A DNA stretch of 64,000 nt, from contig OZ024741.1 in NCBI GenBank assembly GCA_964016885.1, positions 218,488,001 through 218,552,000 on the forward strand. The letters run 5' to 3'. The notes beneath the pieces are model-generated. The model was not told where the DNA came from, ran no database searches, and saw nothing but the letters and a program-made list of their open reading frames with translations. This DNA comes from Eledone cirrhosa. Lineage: Eukaryota. Positions 43,912 to 58,217 of this stretch are shown here, piece by piece. Each line of letters opens with the position of its first letter. Positions within the stretch are counted from its first letter, which is position 1. Made by a program: the position numbers and the translations under genes.

Positions 43912-45690
43912 TAGTAGATAGTGCCAGCAACAGAGAAACCAATGGAAACATTGCTTCCTTGGTCTGACCTAACGATCAGCTCCTTTCTTCTGCCAGTAGA
44001 TGTCGCCGGCAGATAGTATCAGCAGTGGAAAGACAAATGGAAACATTGCTTCCCCGGGCCAATCTGATGTTTGGTTGCTTTATTCTGCCAGGAATTGCAG
44101 CCAGCAGATAGGATCAACAGTGGAAAGACTAATGGAAACATTGCTTCTTTGATCCGATCTTACCATCAGCTCCTTTCTTCTTCCAAGTGTTGTGATCCGC
44201 AGATGGGACCAGCAGTGGAAAGACCAACGGAAACACTGCTTCCTTGGTCATATCTGAGTTGTAACCGGCAGATAATATCAGCAATTGAAAGACGGTTAGA
44301 AATATTGCTTCCTTCGTCTAGTCTGGCGATCGATACATTTCTTCTGCAGACGTTGTGACTGACAGATAGTATTAGCAATGGAAAGACCAATGGAGACATT
44401 GTTTCCTTGGTACAACGGGTAGTATCAACAATGGAAAGACCAATGGAAACATTGATTCCTTGGTTCAACAGATAGTATGAGCAATGGAAAGACCAATGGA
44501 AACATTGATTCCTTGGTTCAACAGATAGTATTAGCAATGGAAAGACCAATGGAGACATTGATTCCTTGGTTCAACAGATAGTATTAGCAATGGAAAGACC
44601 AATGGAGACATTGATTCCTTGGTTCAACAGATAGTATGAGCAATGGAAAGACCAATGGAAACATTGATTCCTTGGTTCAACAGGTAGTATTAGCAATGGA
44701 AAGACCAATGGAGACATTGATTCCTTGGTTAAACAGATAGTATTAGCAATGGAAAGACCAATGGAGACATTGATTCCTTGGTTCAACAGATAGTATTAGC
44801 AATGGAAAGACCAATGGAGACATTGATTCATTGGTTCACCAGATAGTATTAGCAATGGAAAGACCAATAGAAACATTGATTCCTTGGTTCAACAGATAGT
44901 ATTAGCAATGAAAAGACCATTAGAAACATTGATTCCTTGGTTCAACAGATAGTATTAGCAATGGAAAGACCAATGGAGACATTGATTCCTTGGTTCAACA
45001 GATAGTATTAGCAATGGAAAGACCAATAGAAACATTGATTCCTTGGTTCAACAGATAGTATTAGCAATGGAAAGACCAATGGAGACATTGTTTCCTTGGT
45101 TCAACAGATAGTATTAGCAATGGAAAGACCAATGGAGACATTGATTCCTTGGTTCAACAGATAGTATTAGCAATGGAAAGACCAATGGAGACATTGTTTC
45201 CTTGGTTCAACAGATAGTATTAGCAATGGAAAAACCAATGGAGACATTGATTCCTTGGTTCAACAGATAGTATTAGCAATGGAAAGACCAATGGAGACAT
45301 TGATTCCTTGGTTCAACAGATAGTATTAGCAATGGAAAGACCAATAGAAACATTGATTCCTTGGTTCAACAGATAGTATTAGCAATGAAAAGACCATTAG
45401 AAACATTGATTCCTTGGTTCAACAGATAGTATTAGCAATGGAAAGACCAATGGAGACATTGATTCCTTGGTTCAACAGATAGTATTAGCAATGGAAAGAC
45501 CAATGGAGACATTGATTCCTTGGTTCAACAGATAGTATTAGCAATGGAAAGACCAATGGAGACATTGTTTCCTTGGTTCAACAGGTAGTATTAGCAATGA
45601 AAAGAGCAATGGAGACATTGTTTCCTTGGTTCAACAGGTAGTATTAGCAATGGAAAGAGCAATGGAGACATTGTTTCCTTGGTCCTATCT
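43912..45690 (+). repeat. 53-bp tandem satellite (about 25 homogeneous units, 44362-45685) preceded by longer degenerate units
   Basis: Unit CAGATAGTATTAGCAATGGAAAGACCAATGGAGACATTGATTCCTTGGTTCAA. Confidence 0.95.
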
Positions 45691-47669
45691 GATGATTGGT
45701 TCCTTTCTTCTGCGTAAGTTGAGATACCAATGTTGATAATTAATTTTGTTTTCAATCATCTGTAAAAATTGTGTGGATGGAGATAGCGTCATTGTTGTGT
45801 AGGAAACGAGATGACAAGACAGAACATTTAAAAGCTGTGTGGGAGGAAGACTGTATGTTATCATGTATTGCGAGGAAGTGTATATCATAGGGTGTGTTTG
45901 TGTGTGTAACATGTGATAACGTGAGTGTGGTAGTGTCTATGCTGTAGCATGCCAGCGTGTGTCAATGTTTGTGTGTATGTGTGCGTGTGTGTGTGCGTGT
46001 ACGTGTGTGTGTATGTGTGTGTGAGTGTATGTGTATGTCTGTGTGTAGTGTGTGAGTGATAGCGTGTATATGTTTTTGTGTGTATGTGTATATGTAGCAT
46101 GTGGTAGTATGTGGGTGGTAATGTGTGTGAGTGTGGCAGTGTCTGTGTTGTAGTGCGGTTATGTGTGTGTGTGAGTGTTTATGTATAGGAGTTGGTGTTT
46201 ATGTATACGTGCATATGAGTGCGTCTATGAATGCGTTTGTGCGCGCAGTGTGTGTGTGCGTGTTTGTGCGCGCTAAGTAATTTATTGAGTGCTACAACGT
46301 CAGAGAAGTAGCAAAGAAGCCGATATAAATACTGAAACTAATTGTATTATGACAGAATATTCTCGTGTTAAACGTCCATAAATTGATGGCGAATTTGCAA
46401 TGAAAAATCTAACTAAGCTGCGGTGTTAGATTAAAATAACAGTGACTAAGCAGACAAACAGTAAGTTTCACGTCACACTACATAGAGGCGTATCTCCCAG
46501 ATCAGTGACGATGTTGTAGACTGACTGGAAAACGGGGTTTAAAGAATTCTCTTGTATCCAACCTAGTTCTTGACGAATCTACAGACATATACGACAAACT
46601 CACATCTGGTAGTGTTTTGTACATCTGGTAGTATTTCCTCCTGTGATATAACTGTGGAGGAGAGGAATGTTGGTTGACTGGTTCGACTTGCTGGTATTAA
46701 TAGAAATAACTTTTTTGGGTGTTCACATTAAAATAATTCGTTTGACAGAACCTTAACAAACGCTGGTGTGTTCCACTGAATAAACTGGGGTTAGTGGGGC
46801 AACAGATGCAGCTCCTACAATGTTGGCGGCGGCTGTGGGTTGGCTGGGTGGTGGGGGAGAATACCGGATTAAGTACACTTATGAAAAGTAATGGCAACTT
46901 TTTAGAGAGTTTTTCCCCCTAAACATTACATTATTGATTGTAAGGGTCTGGCAGAGAGGTCCTCAAATATGAAGAGTTCATAAAACCTGTCCTTAGAATT
47001 GACTATTTCATATACATAAACTGGGAAGAATCGTCGACAGTTTCAGAAATGTTGTTGAAGGATTGTTGTTTGAAGATGATCTTGGTGCAGTCCCATATAA
47101 TACTACTCAATATTGTCTGATATTTTTCTACTGCATTGTAAGGTGTCTGCCAACCATAAATATCTCCTGTAAGTTTGGGGATCTAGTGAAGCCCATACGG
47201 GGTCGATAAAATAAAGTACCAGTAATGCACTGGGTAATTGCTGGCCTTGTGCCTAAAGTAGAAACAATTATTATATTTCTTAAAGAAATGAAAACAACTC
47301 ATTCTCAGATGGAAAATATTGAATGGACTCAAGATCTGGTGTTCCTTACCAGGGGCGGTGGAAGCATTTCTGAATTAGGTTGGGGGGGGGGGGCAAATTT
47401 GGTCAATATATTTGTAGTGATTAGTATAGCTGTTATTTTCAAATATCAACAAAGATATAAAAACTTCGATATTCGATAAACATAACATGTACATAAATCG
47501 TAGCGCATATACGAATAGATGTATGTTTTGGTAGTTTGGGGAGAAAAATATAATTATGTGTGTGTGGGGGGGGGGCTGCTTACTGATATAATGAATCTTC
47601 TATGAATTCTCACATGACATTCCTAGGGAAGGGAAAGATGGTCCGTGAACTTACACACATAAAATAGGA

Positions 47670-47990
47670 TTTTTGAAGAGAGTGCTGAGGATAGCTCTGA
47701 ACATTAATCAGTATACACTGTGGATGAAGAACTCAGAGTTGTACGGGAGCCTCCCAAAAGTCAGCTCAAAAGGGACACAGAGGAGACTGAGGTTATCTGA
47801 ACATGCTCACCGACATCCAGAGTTGACACTGCACTCAGTGCTCCTGTGGGAGCCCCTGCTCGGACACACTGGAAGGAAGACCGAGGTTAACATATGTTGA
47901 TGCCCTAAGTATAGACACTGACTGGTCTCTTGGAGACACAGGACATGGCAGAGGCCACTGCAGAGAACTCGTCCATGGATCTCGGGAATT
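47670..47990 (+). mobile_element. RTE-like LINE 3' fragment
   Basis: LRIALNI..NSELYGSLPKVS..RRLRL..H..RHPE; homologous to 30704-30995. Confidence 0.75.
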
Positions 47991-48001
47991 TTACCCGCCC
48001 T

Positions 48002-48085
<84 letters not shown>

Positions 48086-48234
48086 CGAGAGAGAGAGAGA
48101 GATTGTCAAGAAACGTCACCCAGCTTCTCAATCTCAGTGGAAGCGTAAACACACATCCTAATATAGTTAATATGAAGCAATGTGAGATATGTAATAAATA
48201 ATTGATAAGTTTCAGAAAGCCGGTACAGTGCAGT

Positions 48235-48269
<35 letters not shown>

Positions 48270-48280
<11 letters not shown>

Positions 48281-48885
48281 CTGAGGATGTCTGTCTGTGT
48301 GTATGTGAGTTTGAATCCCTAAAACTCGAGAAGTACCCAACCAATTTTTTTCAAACTTTCCATGCGTATTGTGTATTACTTGTTTCAACTTTTTGCCGCA
48401 TTAGGTGAAAAACCTCGTTTTTTCAGCTTTTTAGGGTTTTTCTTTTAGGCGTTACCTCAAACCGATTTCCTTAAAATTGTAACTATGTATTAGTCAGTTT
48501 CTTCTTCATACCGTGAGCAAAGAAAATCCAACTTTTTTATGGCCTAGGGCCCGCATCAGGTGAACAACCTCATTTTTCAGCATTTTACGTTTTTTTTTGA
48601 GGCGTTACGTCTAGCCGATTTCCCCGAAATTTCAAGGCATATTATGCACATAAAAAAAATTCATTTTCTTGATGCTCTAGGGTCCGCATTAGGTGAAAAC
48701 CTGCATTTTTCCTGCTTCATCAAGGAAAATCTTAAAGATTATCCAGCCATCAGAGTGTTCGGTTTATTTTCTTTACATATTGTCCAGGCATGCAGTTTTT
48801 CAACGATTAGGTCTCAACGATTAGGTCTGTTGGCGGCTCGCGTTCCAAAATACATTATCCCGTGCAATGCCGGGTACCACTGCTA

Positions 48886-48886
<1 letters not shown>
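48270..48886 (+). mobile_element. Non-autonomous Helitron-like element (partial inverted relative at 58211-58610)
   Basis: Hairpin CCCGTGCAATGCCGGG followed by CTAG|T; inserted in (TA)n. Confidence 0.7.
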
Positions 48887-48934
<48 letters not shown>

Positions 48935-49122
48935 AAGGGCAAATGATGACAAATAAAACAAAACAAATTAATGTTTTTACCCAAGAAATTTCAACATAAT
49001 ATTTCAGGGTTATAACTCACTTTTTAAATGTAAAAATAAACGATGCAATACAAAACGAACGATCAATGTGTTCTTCCCTAATACTGAAATATTGAAAAAA
49101 AGGCCCACAAATTGCAAGGGAT

Positions 49123-49381
49123 CACTCCCTGATATTGGAATAAAAGACCACAAACTGGAAGAATACAATCCCTGATATTGGAATAAAAGACCACAAACTG
49201 GAAGAATACACTCCTTGATATTGGAATAAAAATATCGAACTGGAAGAATACACTCCCGGATATTGGAATAAAATATCTCCAACATGGAAGAATACACTCC
49301 CTGATATTGGAATAAAAGACCACAAACTGGAAGAATACACTCCCTGATATTGGAATAAACGATCTCGAACTGGAAGAATAC
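49123..49381 (+). repeat. About 43-bp tandem repeat, 6 units
   Basis: ACTCCCTGATATTGGAATAAA-(variable ~9 nt)-ACTGGAAGAATAC. Confidence 0.9.
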
Positions 49382-49720
49382 AAAGATAAATTACAAAGAC
49401 GGCTTGATAATTTCCTAGCCAGGAGGTTTGATTATTTGCAGAAACTAAAGCCCTTCTTTACTTTTCTTTTAAATTCTTTCATAGTTAATGAGCTCAACAG
49501 TGATAGTTGTACAATTCTCGAACCATTATTTACGGAGTCGTCTGTTGTGGAAATGAAACTAACCGAATTACAGGATGACCTGGGTAGAAAGTGGCCCATA
49601 AGCGCATGTCTACAACTGTGTTTTGGAAACAACTTCCGGCCAGAAATAAACTAAAAAGAAAAGCAAGAACAAAAAATCTAAGACACTTGCACATTAATTT
49701 CACAAATACGTTGTTCTGTT
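49361..49720 (+). pseudogene. Decayed hAT (Buster/Charlie-like) transposase fragment
   Basis: RFDYLQKLKPFFTFLLNSF..VEMKLTELQDDL..FWKQL resembles hAT C-terminal regions (from memory). Confidence 0.45.
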
Positions 49721-50431
49721 GATTATACAACTTGAGTATTCATCGTCGAAAGCGTTGAAATACCCCCCAAAACTGTATCATTGTTTAATTTTTCATGAAA
49801 ATATTGGGTTCTTATATAGGCACAAGGCCAGCAATTTTGGGGGAGGGGAAAGTCGATTAAATCGACCCCAGTGCATTACTGGTACTTTATTTATCGACCC
49901 CGTAAGGATGAAAGGCAAAGTTAATCTCGGCGGGGTTTGAACTCAGATCATAAAGGGCCGTAACTCTTTGCTGCAAAGCATAGCGTCCGACACTCGACCG
50001 ATACTGCCAATCCATGAAAATCTTATAATAATGTTAATACTGTAATGGCGGCATCTTATGACAAGTATTTCACATTTATTCTTGTATCTCTCTTGATGTT
50101 GTTACCACATATTTCCAAAGTCTTACAACAACGCATAAACATCATATAGAATACCTCAGCAGAATTCTTTCTCCTTTAGTCTTAATTTCTAATGGGCTGA
50201 CTTTACACTACTAAAATCCCCAATGACACAGTTTCCTTAAATGTCCTCGTTGCTCATTATCACGTTAAATACGCTTAAAATAATTAAAACAATCGTTCGT
50301 GAAGATTTTGAAGAAGAAAAATAAAAATAAAAACACATTTGCTACGCATGCGTATATGTGTACTTTATAATTAATGACAACTAATACAAATTATCAGATT
50401 ATTATTATATTATATTATACACACACACAGA

Positions 50432-50463
<32 letters not shown>

Positions 50464-50512
50464 CATATATATAAAGAATTCGGATACATGTATGTGTATG
50501 TATGTATGTTTG

Positions 50513-50606
<94 letters not shown>

Positions 50607-50701
50607 AAGGTTTAAATATATGGTCTACTTGATTTTTTATATGGTTAATTGTGAGAGGAAATGGTATATATTTTATCTAATAATTCTAAGGACATGCTTT
50701 A

Positions 50702-50750
<49 letters not shown>

Positions 50751-50754
<4 letters not shown>

Positions 50755-51024
50755 GGGATGCTTAAAGCGTCCGTATGCAGTAGGCCGTTTAAGCACTCGA
50801 TGCTCTTACAGAGCAGAGTATAATATCACATAACAAACGGAGAATCAGTGGTGCGACGAATAATATTTATTAGACATATTACAATCGTTCCTCTGGCAAC
50901 AAGCTCGAGGAACGATCGATGCAATGTTCGAACCTAACTCTGAAATCGCAAAATCCTCAGATACGTCTCGATTCTACGAAGCAGATTTTCCAAATGTCCA
51001 GTTACCTGATTCTCCGTTTCTTAT

Positions 51025-51030
<6 letters not shown>
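50751..51030. mobile_element. Fold-back HHR insert, sibling of 37814-38068
   Basis: Long inverted arm with tail and HHR (50872-50968, -) plus a short forward end CTGATTCTCCGTTTCTTATGTGATAT. Confidence 0.7.
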
Positions 51031-51094
<64 letters not shown>

Positions 51095-51114
51095 ATATAT
51101 TATATATATTATAT

Positions 51115-51236
<122 letters not shown>

Positions 51237-51237
51237 G

Positions 51238-51290
<53 letters not shown>

Positions 51291-51297
51291 GATATAA

Positions 51298-51330
<33 letters not shown>

Positions 51331-51347
51331 ATATATATATGATATAA

Positions 51348-51380
<33 letters not shown>

Positions 51381-51397
51381 ATATATATATGATATAA

Positions 51398-51429
<32 letters not shown>

Positions 51430-51447
51430 CATATATATATTATATAA

Positions 51448-51478
<31 letters not shown>

Positions 51479-51569
51479 ATATATATACATATATGTATAT
51501 ATTTATATATATATATTATATATATAATATATATACATATATGTATATATTTTGCTTATATATATATAT

Positions 51570-51685
<116 letters not shown>

Positions 51686-52191
51686 TAACAGATTAAAGTT
51701 TAAGCAAAGAATCGCTGCTTTCACCCTTAACGGGATCTTCTGAAACTAAAAAATCAATCCGTGAATGCAGAAGTAAATATTTCGAAAAACGTTACACACT
51801 ATATATATATATACACTCACTATATATACATATATACACGCACACACACGCACACACACATACACACATACACACACACACACCGCGTCATAATGTCGTA
51901 ATGCAGACAGCCAGATAATACAGACAGATATTATAAGGGCGCAACGTTATATCTGGGTAGCTAACTAAAAAGAGAAAGCCTAAGAATTATAGAGAGAGAT
52001 CGCTAAATCGCCTAATGCTGTCTCTAGGGCACTGAAAATTTATTTCACGTTGCTCCTTCTGTCTGGATTTGCGACAGATAGATAGCATTAGCAATTGGAA
52101 ACATTGTTTCCTCGGTCCGATTTGACGAGGTACACCCCACTCGTTAAGCGAATGAGGTCTGGGATCTTGTCGATCGACTGATATATATATA

Positions 52192-52233
<42 letters not shown>

Positions 52234-52477
52234 TATATATATATTTATATATATATATATATTTCGTTTCTGAATTTGTTTAGCAAGATTCTTTATCTGA
52301 AATCGTGTGTTGAAACCGATATTGTTATACTTTGGGAGGGTCATGTTGCCAATAAGAAACACACGCACCAGTTGCTTTCACTTCAATTTAATTTAATATA
52401 TATTTATAAATTTACAAATTTATAAATTTCTGGTTGGTTGGTTGGTTCCACAACCAGATAGTTGTTTATATATATAT

Positions 52478-52522
52478 AGTCATAGTTCTTTCGTCACACA
52501 CTCTGTGACCTCTTCAGTGACT
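52478..52522 (-). ncRNA. Minimal hammerhead ribozyme (inverted arm)
   Basis: AGTCA-CTGAAGA-G-GTCACA..TGTGAC-GAAAGAACTA-TGACT. Confidence 0.75.
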
Positions 52523-53657
52523 GGGGATTTCTTTCTTCGTTTCTGTGCCTTTCCTTTCTTCTATCCTACGCCATTTTGTTTGTGTGTGGGTTGCGTGCTC
52601 AGTTTGCGCATGCGCCACATCCGGGTGTCTGTGTGTGTTTGTGTTCATTTTTCTATTTTTCTATTTATATTTGTTTGTTTATTTATTTATTTATTGTTGG
52701 TTGGTTGTTTGTTCTATGTGTGTGTGTGTTTTCATTTTGTCTTGTGTGTGTTTTCATTTTGTGTGTGTTTTCAATTGTAAGTTGTTTATATATGTGTGTG
52801 TGTGTTTTCATTTTGTCCTTAATTGTAAGTTGTGATGTTGCTGTTCCACTCATATTTTCTATTTAATTTTGGTTTTAATTCTTTTATGCTTACTGCCTCT
52901 GTAATTTGCCTAAACATTGCGTCTTTCTTGTGTGTGGATTCTATTTTTATTTCTATGCTCTCTAATTTACCCCTGTGTTCTATCTTAGCATGTTGGTAGA
53001 GCACAGATGATTCTTTACTATCTTGGAGGTCTCGCCAGTGTTCATTTATTCGTTCCCCTATACTACGAGCTGTCTCACCTATGTACACTATATTTTTGTT
53101 TCTACATTGTCCCTCAGTACATCTTATGCTATATACTACATTTCTAGTTTTACAGTTAATATGGGGGCTTATTTTATGCTCTACCAACATGCTAAGATAG
53201 AACACAGGGGTAAATTAGAGAGCATAGAAATAAAAATAGAATCCACACACAAGAAAGACGCAATGTTTAGGCAAATTACAGAGGCAGTAAGCATAAAAGA
53301 ATTAAAACCAAAATTAAATAGAAAATATGAGTGGAACAGCAACATCACAACTTACAATTAAGGACAAAATGAAAACACACACACACATATATAAACAACT
53401 TACAATTGAAAACACACACAAAATGAAAACACACACAAGACAAAATGAAAACACACACACACATAGAACAAACAACCAACCAACAATAAATAAATAAATA
53501 AACAAACAAATATAAATAGAAAAATAGAAAAATGAACACAAACACACACAGACACCCGGATGTGGCGCATGCGCAAACTGAGCACGCAACCCACACACAA
53601 ACAAAATGGCGTAGGATAGAAGAAAGGAAAGGCACAGAAACGAAGAAAGAAATCCCC

Positions 53658-53702
53658 AGTCACTGAAGAGGTCACAGAGTGTGTGACGAAAGAACTATGA
53701 CT
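53658..53702 (+). ncRNA. Minimal hammerhead ribozyme (5' pLTR)
   Basis: Same motif as 52478-52522. Confidence 0.75.
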
Positions 53703-53835
53703 ATATATATATAAACAACTATCTGGTTGTGGAACCAACCAACCAACCAGAAATTTATAAATTTGTAAATTTATAAATATATATTAAATTAAATTGAAGT
53801 GAAAGCAACTGGTGCGTGTGTTTCTTATTGGCAAC

Positions 53836-56800
53836 ATGACCCTCCCAAAGTATAACAATATCGGTTTCAACACACGATTTCAGATAAAGAATCTTGCTAA
53901 ACAAATTCAGAAACGAAATATCGTAAGCCTTAGCCAGGCTAACAAGATACTGAAAACCACCATGTTCTGTTGTCTACGAAAAACCATAACATCTCGACAA
54001 CTACACTTCATAAAACTGTGCACCACTTCTAGAATCTACACCAACACCATCAATACCGACGTTAGAAGATTACAACTCACCAAAAAACAAGCAGATAGGC
54101 TAAAACGAACTTTAATTCTAAACATAAAAAAGAAGATCTATAGAGAATTAAGTCATCAAGAAAAACTAAAGCGTAACCTAATAGATGAAATATCTAAAAT
54201 CACCATACCAGCAGAAAAACTAACATTTATAAGCCTTATACGCCCCGAAGAACAGTACATTACTCAAGAATGTAATAAGCACTTTAACAGAAAATTAAAG
54301 TGGCTTAAACAGGCAAAGCTAAATCGGGATACTATAGAGTATACCAATAGATATCCCGACAAAATTGACGGTATCAACATGGCCGACACCTCATTATCTG
54401 AAGAGTTCAACAATGAAAATACCAACATTTATGGAAACACGAAAATAGATAATAATGAAATGTCTGTGTTAAGTCTGCCACCCAAATTTGCGACATTTAA
54501 GAAGGTAAATATGATTAGTTGTCTGTCAGAAATAGAAAAATCATTTACGAAACTACGCTGGAGCATCAAAAACAAAAACAAAAGCAACAATATACGCACA
54601 CACATATACAACACACATCCCAACAACAACAGACACACAGACACAAACAACAATAACAACAACAATAGCAACATACCCAGATACAATACCAACAATAGCA
54701 ACATACCCAGATACAACAGACACGCAGACACAAACAACAATAACAACACACACGGAGACAACAATAACAACAACACACACATCAACAACAACAACAACAG
54801 CAACATACCCAGATACAACAACAACAGACACGCAAACACAAACAACAATAACAACACACACAACAACGATAACACACACACACACGGAGACAACAACACA
54901 CATCAACAACAACAACACACACACATTCAATGCCTCTCACCACCACTACAATCTTAAACACACAGACACAGAAAACAAGTAATGACAGTAGCACAGAAAT
55001 CAGAGAAATAAGAGAAAGTAATAGGATTAAAAGGAGTAGGGAGACTAAGGACAAAGAGAATAACCAAGACGAACACACAGACACACAAAATAGGGTAGAT
55101 AACAACATTGAGCCAGTGGAAAGAGACAGGAGTAATTATGAGAGACATAGAAACAACCATGAAGCTGAGGCTGCTGCTGTTGGTGGAAATAGAAACAACA
55201 CAACTAACAATAGCGCAAGTACACATAAAGCAGCAGCCTGGAACTCTCCGTTTTATAACCCCTCCGATAAATCATTCGACCTACGACGAGTCCACGCCAC
55301 GACTTTGCCATTTAACAAACGCACGCAGTTGCCGTCGCAGGTCGATGAACAAACAGAAGCACAATTTAGTATAGCTAAATCCGAACTTAGAAATATTATA
55401 GAACAGTATAGCAAGAAGCATAATAGAATAGAGGCCCAGCAACTGGGAGAAGAATCTGCAAATGGCTTGCGTAAGCTCATGCAGCGCTCGCGTAATGGAG
55501 AGATAGCATGCTTTCCAACAGACAAGTCTGGCAGAATGTCGGTTGACAGCCTGCCAAACTACATCCAGGCAATGCAACCCCACATCACTAACACAAGAGA
55601 GGTAACACCACAGGAGCATGAGGACAGAGAAAAAACCCTCAATGCCCATATGGTGATGTGGACAAATATAATGCAGCCCAACAAAAGGACTGCCAACAAC
55701 TTCCAGGCCTGGAACAATGACGTGCCGGCGTTGTATGGGCTTCGAAAAGACCATAAAACGGGCTGGGACCCTGTCGCGGGACCACCAACACGGCCAGTCT
55801 GTGGGGCTAACATTGCTAGTAACTACAGACTGTCCTACTTCCTCTCCCTGATCATACGCCCCATCATTGAGATGTCCCCAGATGTGTGTGACAGCACGGA
55901 GGACCTCCTCAGCGGAATCGACGCGGGTAACCGATCTGGGGACCTAACAAACTGCATAATAGGCAGTATGGATGTTGTGTCCCTGTATCCATCTATTGAC
56001 GTGGATTTTGCTGTGGAGAAATGCGTCGAAATGATCAGCGAGAGCAAGGTTGAGTTCCGTGGGATTGATACCAGTGAGCTGGGACTTCTACTTAAGCTTA
56101 CCCATAGTAATAGTTACCTAGACACTTATGACCTTAGCAACCTGTGCCCTACAAGACCAGCAAGAGGCAGACCACCTACCATTACCTCAATGGCCAAGAA
56201 AACCCACACAGATAGATGGAACGGGTGGACCAGAGCCATACGGACACCCGAAAACCACGATGAACTGAAGAAAATGATTGCACATGCGGTAGGGGCCAGC
56301 ATAAAATTAACCCTTAAGGAACATATGTTCAAATTTAATGGTAAAACATATGCCCAAGAGGAAGGAGCAGCCATTGGTGTTAGCATTGCAGGCGACATAG
56401 CTAACTTGTTCATGGTATGGTGGGACAGTAGACTTAAACAAAAACTTAAAGAACAATTAGAAGACAGATTAACCCTGATAATGTACTCCCGCTACGTAGA
56501 TGATATAAACATCGTAGTTAAGACACCCCCACTAAAGAACAGTCAGGAACCTGAGAAAAACACAATGGAAAGCATCCAGCAAATAGCAAACTCCATCCAC
56601 CAGAGCATTAGAGTTACTATAGACTACCCAAGTAGACACCCCAACCATCGATTACCTGTACTAGACACAGAGCTCTGGTTAGATACTATTAACAACCAAA
56701 AACAAATCCTCCATTCCCATTATGCCAAACCCATGACTTCCAAACATCTGATCCACCGAAACTCGGCCATTTCGGACCATACCAAAATCAACATACTGAT

Positions 56801-57623
56801 TGCGGATTTGATACGGGTGATGAGAAATGTGTCCCGCATGTGCAACCCCGAAGAACTAGAGAGACACATACAACACTTCATCCACCGTATGCAATTCTCT
56901 GGCTACAATCAGAGAGATAGAATCAGAGTGTATAAAGGAGCCAGAACCAAATGGGAAAAAATGGTAAATAATGACATAAATGGGACCTGCCCCTTGTATA
57001 GGAGCAAATTTTGGAATAGAATAGAAAGAACTAAGAACAAGGCCAATAGAATAAACTCATGGTATGATAGCAATAAATACCAGAGTGTAATGTTCATCAA
57101 TACAACCCCTAGAGGTGAACTAGCCTACAAATTTAGAAGGGCCCTAAAGAAACATAATCTCAATATTAAGATAGTAGAAAGACCTGGTACCTCCGTAAAA
57201 ACACTTATTAGCAAGACATACCCGTTCCAAAGACCCTCATGTATAGATAAGAAATGTATAACCTGTAAAATAAGCCCCCATATTAACTGTAAAACTAGAA
57301 ATGTAGTATATAGCATAAGATGTACTGAGGGACAATGTAGAAACAAAAATATAGTGTACATAGGTGAGACAGCTCGTAGTATAGGGGAACGAATAAATGA
57401 ACACTGGCGAGACCTCCAAGATAGTAAAGAATCATCTGTGCTCTACCAACATGCTAAGATAGAACACAGGGGTAAATTAGAGAGCATAGAAATAAAAATA
57501 GAATCCACACACAAGAAAGACGCAATGTTTAGGCAAATTACAGAGGCAGTAAGCATAAAAGAATTAAAACCAAAATTAAATAGAAAATATGAGTGGAACA
57601 GCAACATCACAACTTACAATTAA
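53836..57623 (+). CDS. PLE reverse transcriptase / GIY-YIG endonuclease (about 1260 aa; one frameshift near 54920)
   Basis: ORFs 53812-54957 and 54930-57623. Motifs LSLPPKFA, TDKSG, GLRKDHK, RPV, SMDVVSLYPSID, QEEGAAIG, RYVDD, LPVLD, YAKP, Cys linker CIDKKCITC, VYSIRC..YIGET..R..EH..E..LN. Confidence 0.93.
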
Positions 57624-57919
57624 GGACAAAATGAAAACACACACACACATATATAAACAACTTACAATTGAAAACACACACAAAATGAAAACACACACAA
57701 GACAAAATGAAAACACACACACACATAGAACAAACAACCAACCAACAATAAATAAATAAATAAACAAACAAATATAAATAGAAAAATAGAAAAATGAACA
57801 CAAACACACACAGACACCCGGATGTGGCGCATGCGCAAACTGAGCACGCAACCCACACACAAACAAAATGGCGTAGGATAGAAGAAAGGAAAGGCACAGA
57901 AACGAAGAAAGAAATCCCC

Positions 57920-57964
57920 AGTCACTGAAGAGGTCACAGAGTGTGTGACGAAAGAACTATGACT
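57920..57964 (+). ncRNA. Minimal hammerhead ribozyme (3' pLTR)
   Basis: Same motif as 52478-52522. Confidence 0.75.
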
Positions 57965-58115
57965 ATATATATATAAACAACTATCTGGTTGTGGAACCAA
58001 CCAACCAACCAGAAATTTATAAATTTGTAAATTTATAAATATATATTAAATTAAATTGAAGTGAAAGCAACTGGTGCGTGTGTTTCTTATTGGCAACATG
58101 ACCCTCCCAAAGTAT

Positions 58116-58217
<102 letters not shown>

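Noticed and set aside
46340-47190. Unique-looking segment as a gene or transposase
   Set aside because: No sustained frame or recognisable motif by eye.
44362-49381. CRISPR-like arrays (53-bp and 43-bp repeats)
   Set aside because: No unique spacers, no cas genes, eukaryotic context.
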